Positions 56,994 through 58,360 of a stretch of DNA of 58,360 bases are shown piece by piece. The notes under the pieces were generated by a model. It did no database searches and was not told where the DNA came from. It saw only the letters and a list, made by a program, of their open reading frames with translations. The number at the start of each line of letters is the position of its first letter. Position 1 is the first letter of the stretch. The position numbers were made by a program, and so were the translations under genes. The stretch is from sequence record SRR22947725_830; one strand, given 5' to 3'.

Positions 56994-58360
56994 ATGCATT
57001 ATAAAATATTTAACATACTTCTACTATGCTTTATTCTAATTAATTGTTCCAAAAAAGAAGAAGAAATTTTAAGCGCTCCTCAAGAATTTGATAATGAAAT
57101 TAGCGTAGATGATGATTATTATTTTGAGAAAAATATTTATCAAGTTGTAGATAATGTTTATGTGGCAATAGGTTATGGTCTTGCTAACTCTATTTTAATT
57201 GTTGGTGACGGCGGTAATATTATTATCGATGTTACTGAAAGCGACATATTAGCAGCAGAAATTCGAGAAAGATTTGAAGAAATATCTGATCAGCCGATTG
57301 AAGCTATTTTTTATACGCATTCTCATGTAGATCATTGGAGAGGTGCTTTTCCTTTTGTTGATAAAAATACAGAGGTTTATGCACATAAAACTTTCAAAAA
57401 AGGATTTTATGATCAGAATAATTTACTTAAACCTATTTTAACAGAAAGAGGTATGAAGCAATTTGGCTTCTTTCTCCCACAAGAACTACAGCGAGGACAT
57501 GGACTAGGCTTTACACTAGACTTTGACTTTAAACAACCGCCAGTCGTCTATCCTACAGTTTTATTAGATGGTAAAAAAAATATTCTCACAATTGCTGGAG
57601 TTACGCTAGAAGTAGTCCACTCTCCCGGTGAAACTGATGATCAGATCATTATCTACTACGAAGATAAGGAAGTTGTATTCTCTGGCGATAACTACTACAT
57701 GCGCTTTCCAAATCTTTACACCATAAGAGGAACCTCCTATCGCGATACTTATAAATGGTATAAATCTGTGGATGAAATGCGCGCATACAATCCAACATAC
57801 TTGGTTAGCTCTCATGGGCCTTATTTATCAAATAAGAAAGAAGTACAAGAGCGTTTAACTATTTATCGTGATGCCATTCAATATATTCATGACTATGCAA
57901 TTCGTGGGGCAAACAAAGGAAAAACACCAGATGAACTTGTTGATGAGTTCGTATATCCACAATTTTTTAAAGAAAATTTTGATTTACGTGAACAGTATGG
58001 AAAGGTTTCTTGGAGTATCAGAAATGTTTATAATGGGTATCTAGGTTTTTTTGATGGTAAAGCGGTTAATTTGGAACCTTTGTCTACAAAAGACCGAAGT
58101 AAAAAACTATTTAACATCATTGGATCTAAATCTAATCTTATATCTTTGATTAATAAGGCTATTAAAGATGATGAGCTTCAATGGGCGGCTGAATTAGGAC
58201 AGATAGGTGTTATCAACTTTCCAAATGATTCTGAAATGAAAAATCTTTATGCACAATCACTTGAAGAACTATCAGTCAAGGAGACTAATCCTATTGCTAG
58301 AAATTATTATCTATCAGAGGCGTATGAAATTAAAGGAGAAATTACTCCTGACTTAACCTT
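56994..58360 (+). CDS. Alkyl/aryl sulfatase (SdsA1/BDS1-like MBL fold) lipoprotein, truncated by the window end
   Basis: Translated by hand from ATG 56994: LINC lipobox, VAIGYGLANS, IIDVTES, YTHSHVDH, SPGETDD, FPNLYTIRG, SSHGP, YGKVSW, GFFDG; no stop before 58360, so absent from the ORF track. Confidence 0.9.
   Translation, partial: MHYKIFNILLLCFILINCSKKEEEILSAPQEFDNEISVDDDYYFEKNIYQVVDNVYVAIGYGLANSILIVGDGGNIIIDVTESDILAAEIRERFEEISDQPIEAIFYTHSHVDHWRGAFPFVDKNTEVYAHKTFKKGFYDQNNLLKPILTERGMKQFGFFLPQELQRGHGLGFTLDFDFKQPPVVYPTVLLDGKKNILTIAGVTLEVVHSPGETDDQIIIYYEDKEVVFSGDNYYMRFPNLYTIRGTSYRDTYKWYKSVDEMRAYNPTYLVSSHGPYLSNKKEVQERLTIYRDAIQYIHDYAIRGANKGKTPDELVDEFVYPQFFKENFDLREQYGKVSWSIRNVYNGYLGFFDGKAVNLEPLSTKDRSKKLFNIIGSKSNLISLINKAIKDDELQWAAELGQIGVINFPNDSEMKNLYAQSLEELSVKETNPIARNYYLSEAYEIKGEITPDLT

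Noticed and set aside
1-58360. tRNA, rRNA, riboswitch, IS/transposase or prophage genes
   Set aside because: Intergenic gaps are short and AT-rich with no cloverleaf or riboswitch signatures seen; no transposase, integrase or phage structural ORFs recognised.

Overview
AT-rich bacterial chromosome segment. Gene content (choice-of-anchor B protein with an FlgD-Ig/T9SS-type C-terminal tail, DUF5916, short TruB, tight gene packing) suggests a streamlined marine FCB-superphylum organism such as Marinimicrobia/SAR406; this is inference, not a database result. The left ~28 kb is almost all + strand (thrS-infC-rpmI-rplT-pheST-zapA-folD, redox and hydrolase genes). The right ~29 kb is almost all - strand (leuS, msrA, ald, nusA-infB-rbfA-truB-ribF-rpsO-pnp, trhO, TonB receptor, envelope proteins). 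A near-canonical 28-bp dif site at 26456-26483 lies ~1.4 kb from the switch, so the window probably spans the replication terminus. Directly abutting dif is the most interesting locus, an integrase-free ~5 kb putative defence islet. It comprises a solo Cas4-like Fe-S nuclease, a repeat-rich spacer, and a Dam-family adenine methyltransferase translationally coupled to an 837-aa protein with a degenerate restriction-endonuclease fold, a DGQHR/DndB-like domain and a Schlafen/AlbA_2-like domain. Other observations: an rimP-leader-like hairpin with no rimP gene, a 79-bp tandem duplication of an RBS plus lipoprotein signal peptide, paired Fur-like operators at the TonB receptor, four ECF-sigma-like promoters, an HxlR-CDGSHx2-DoxX-Grx redox module, and a BamE-like three-lipoprotein operon. 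No rRNA, tRNA, CRISPR array or transposase was seen.
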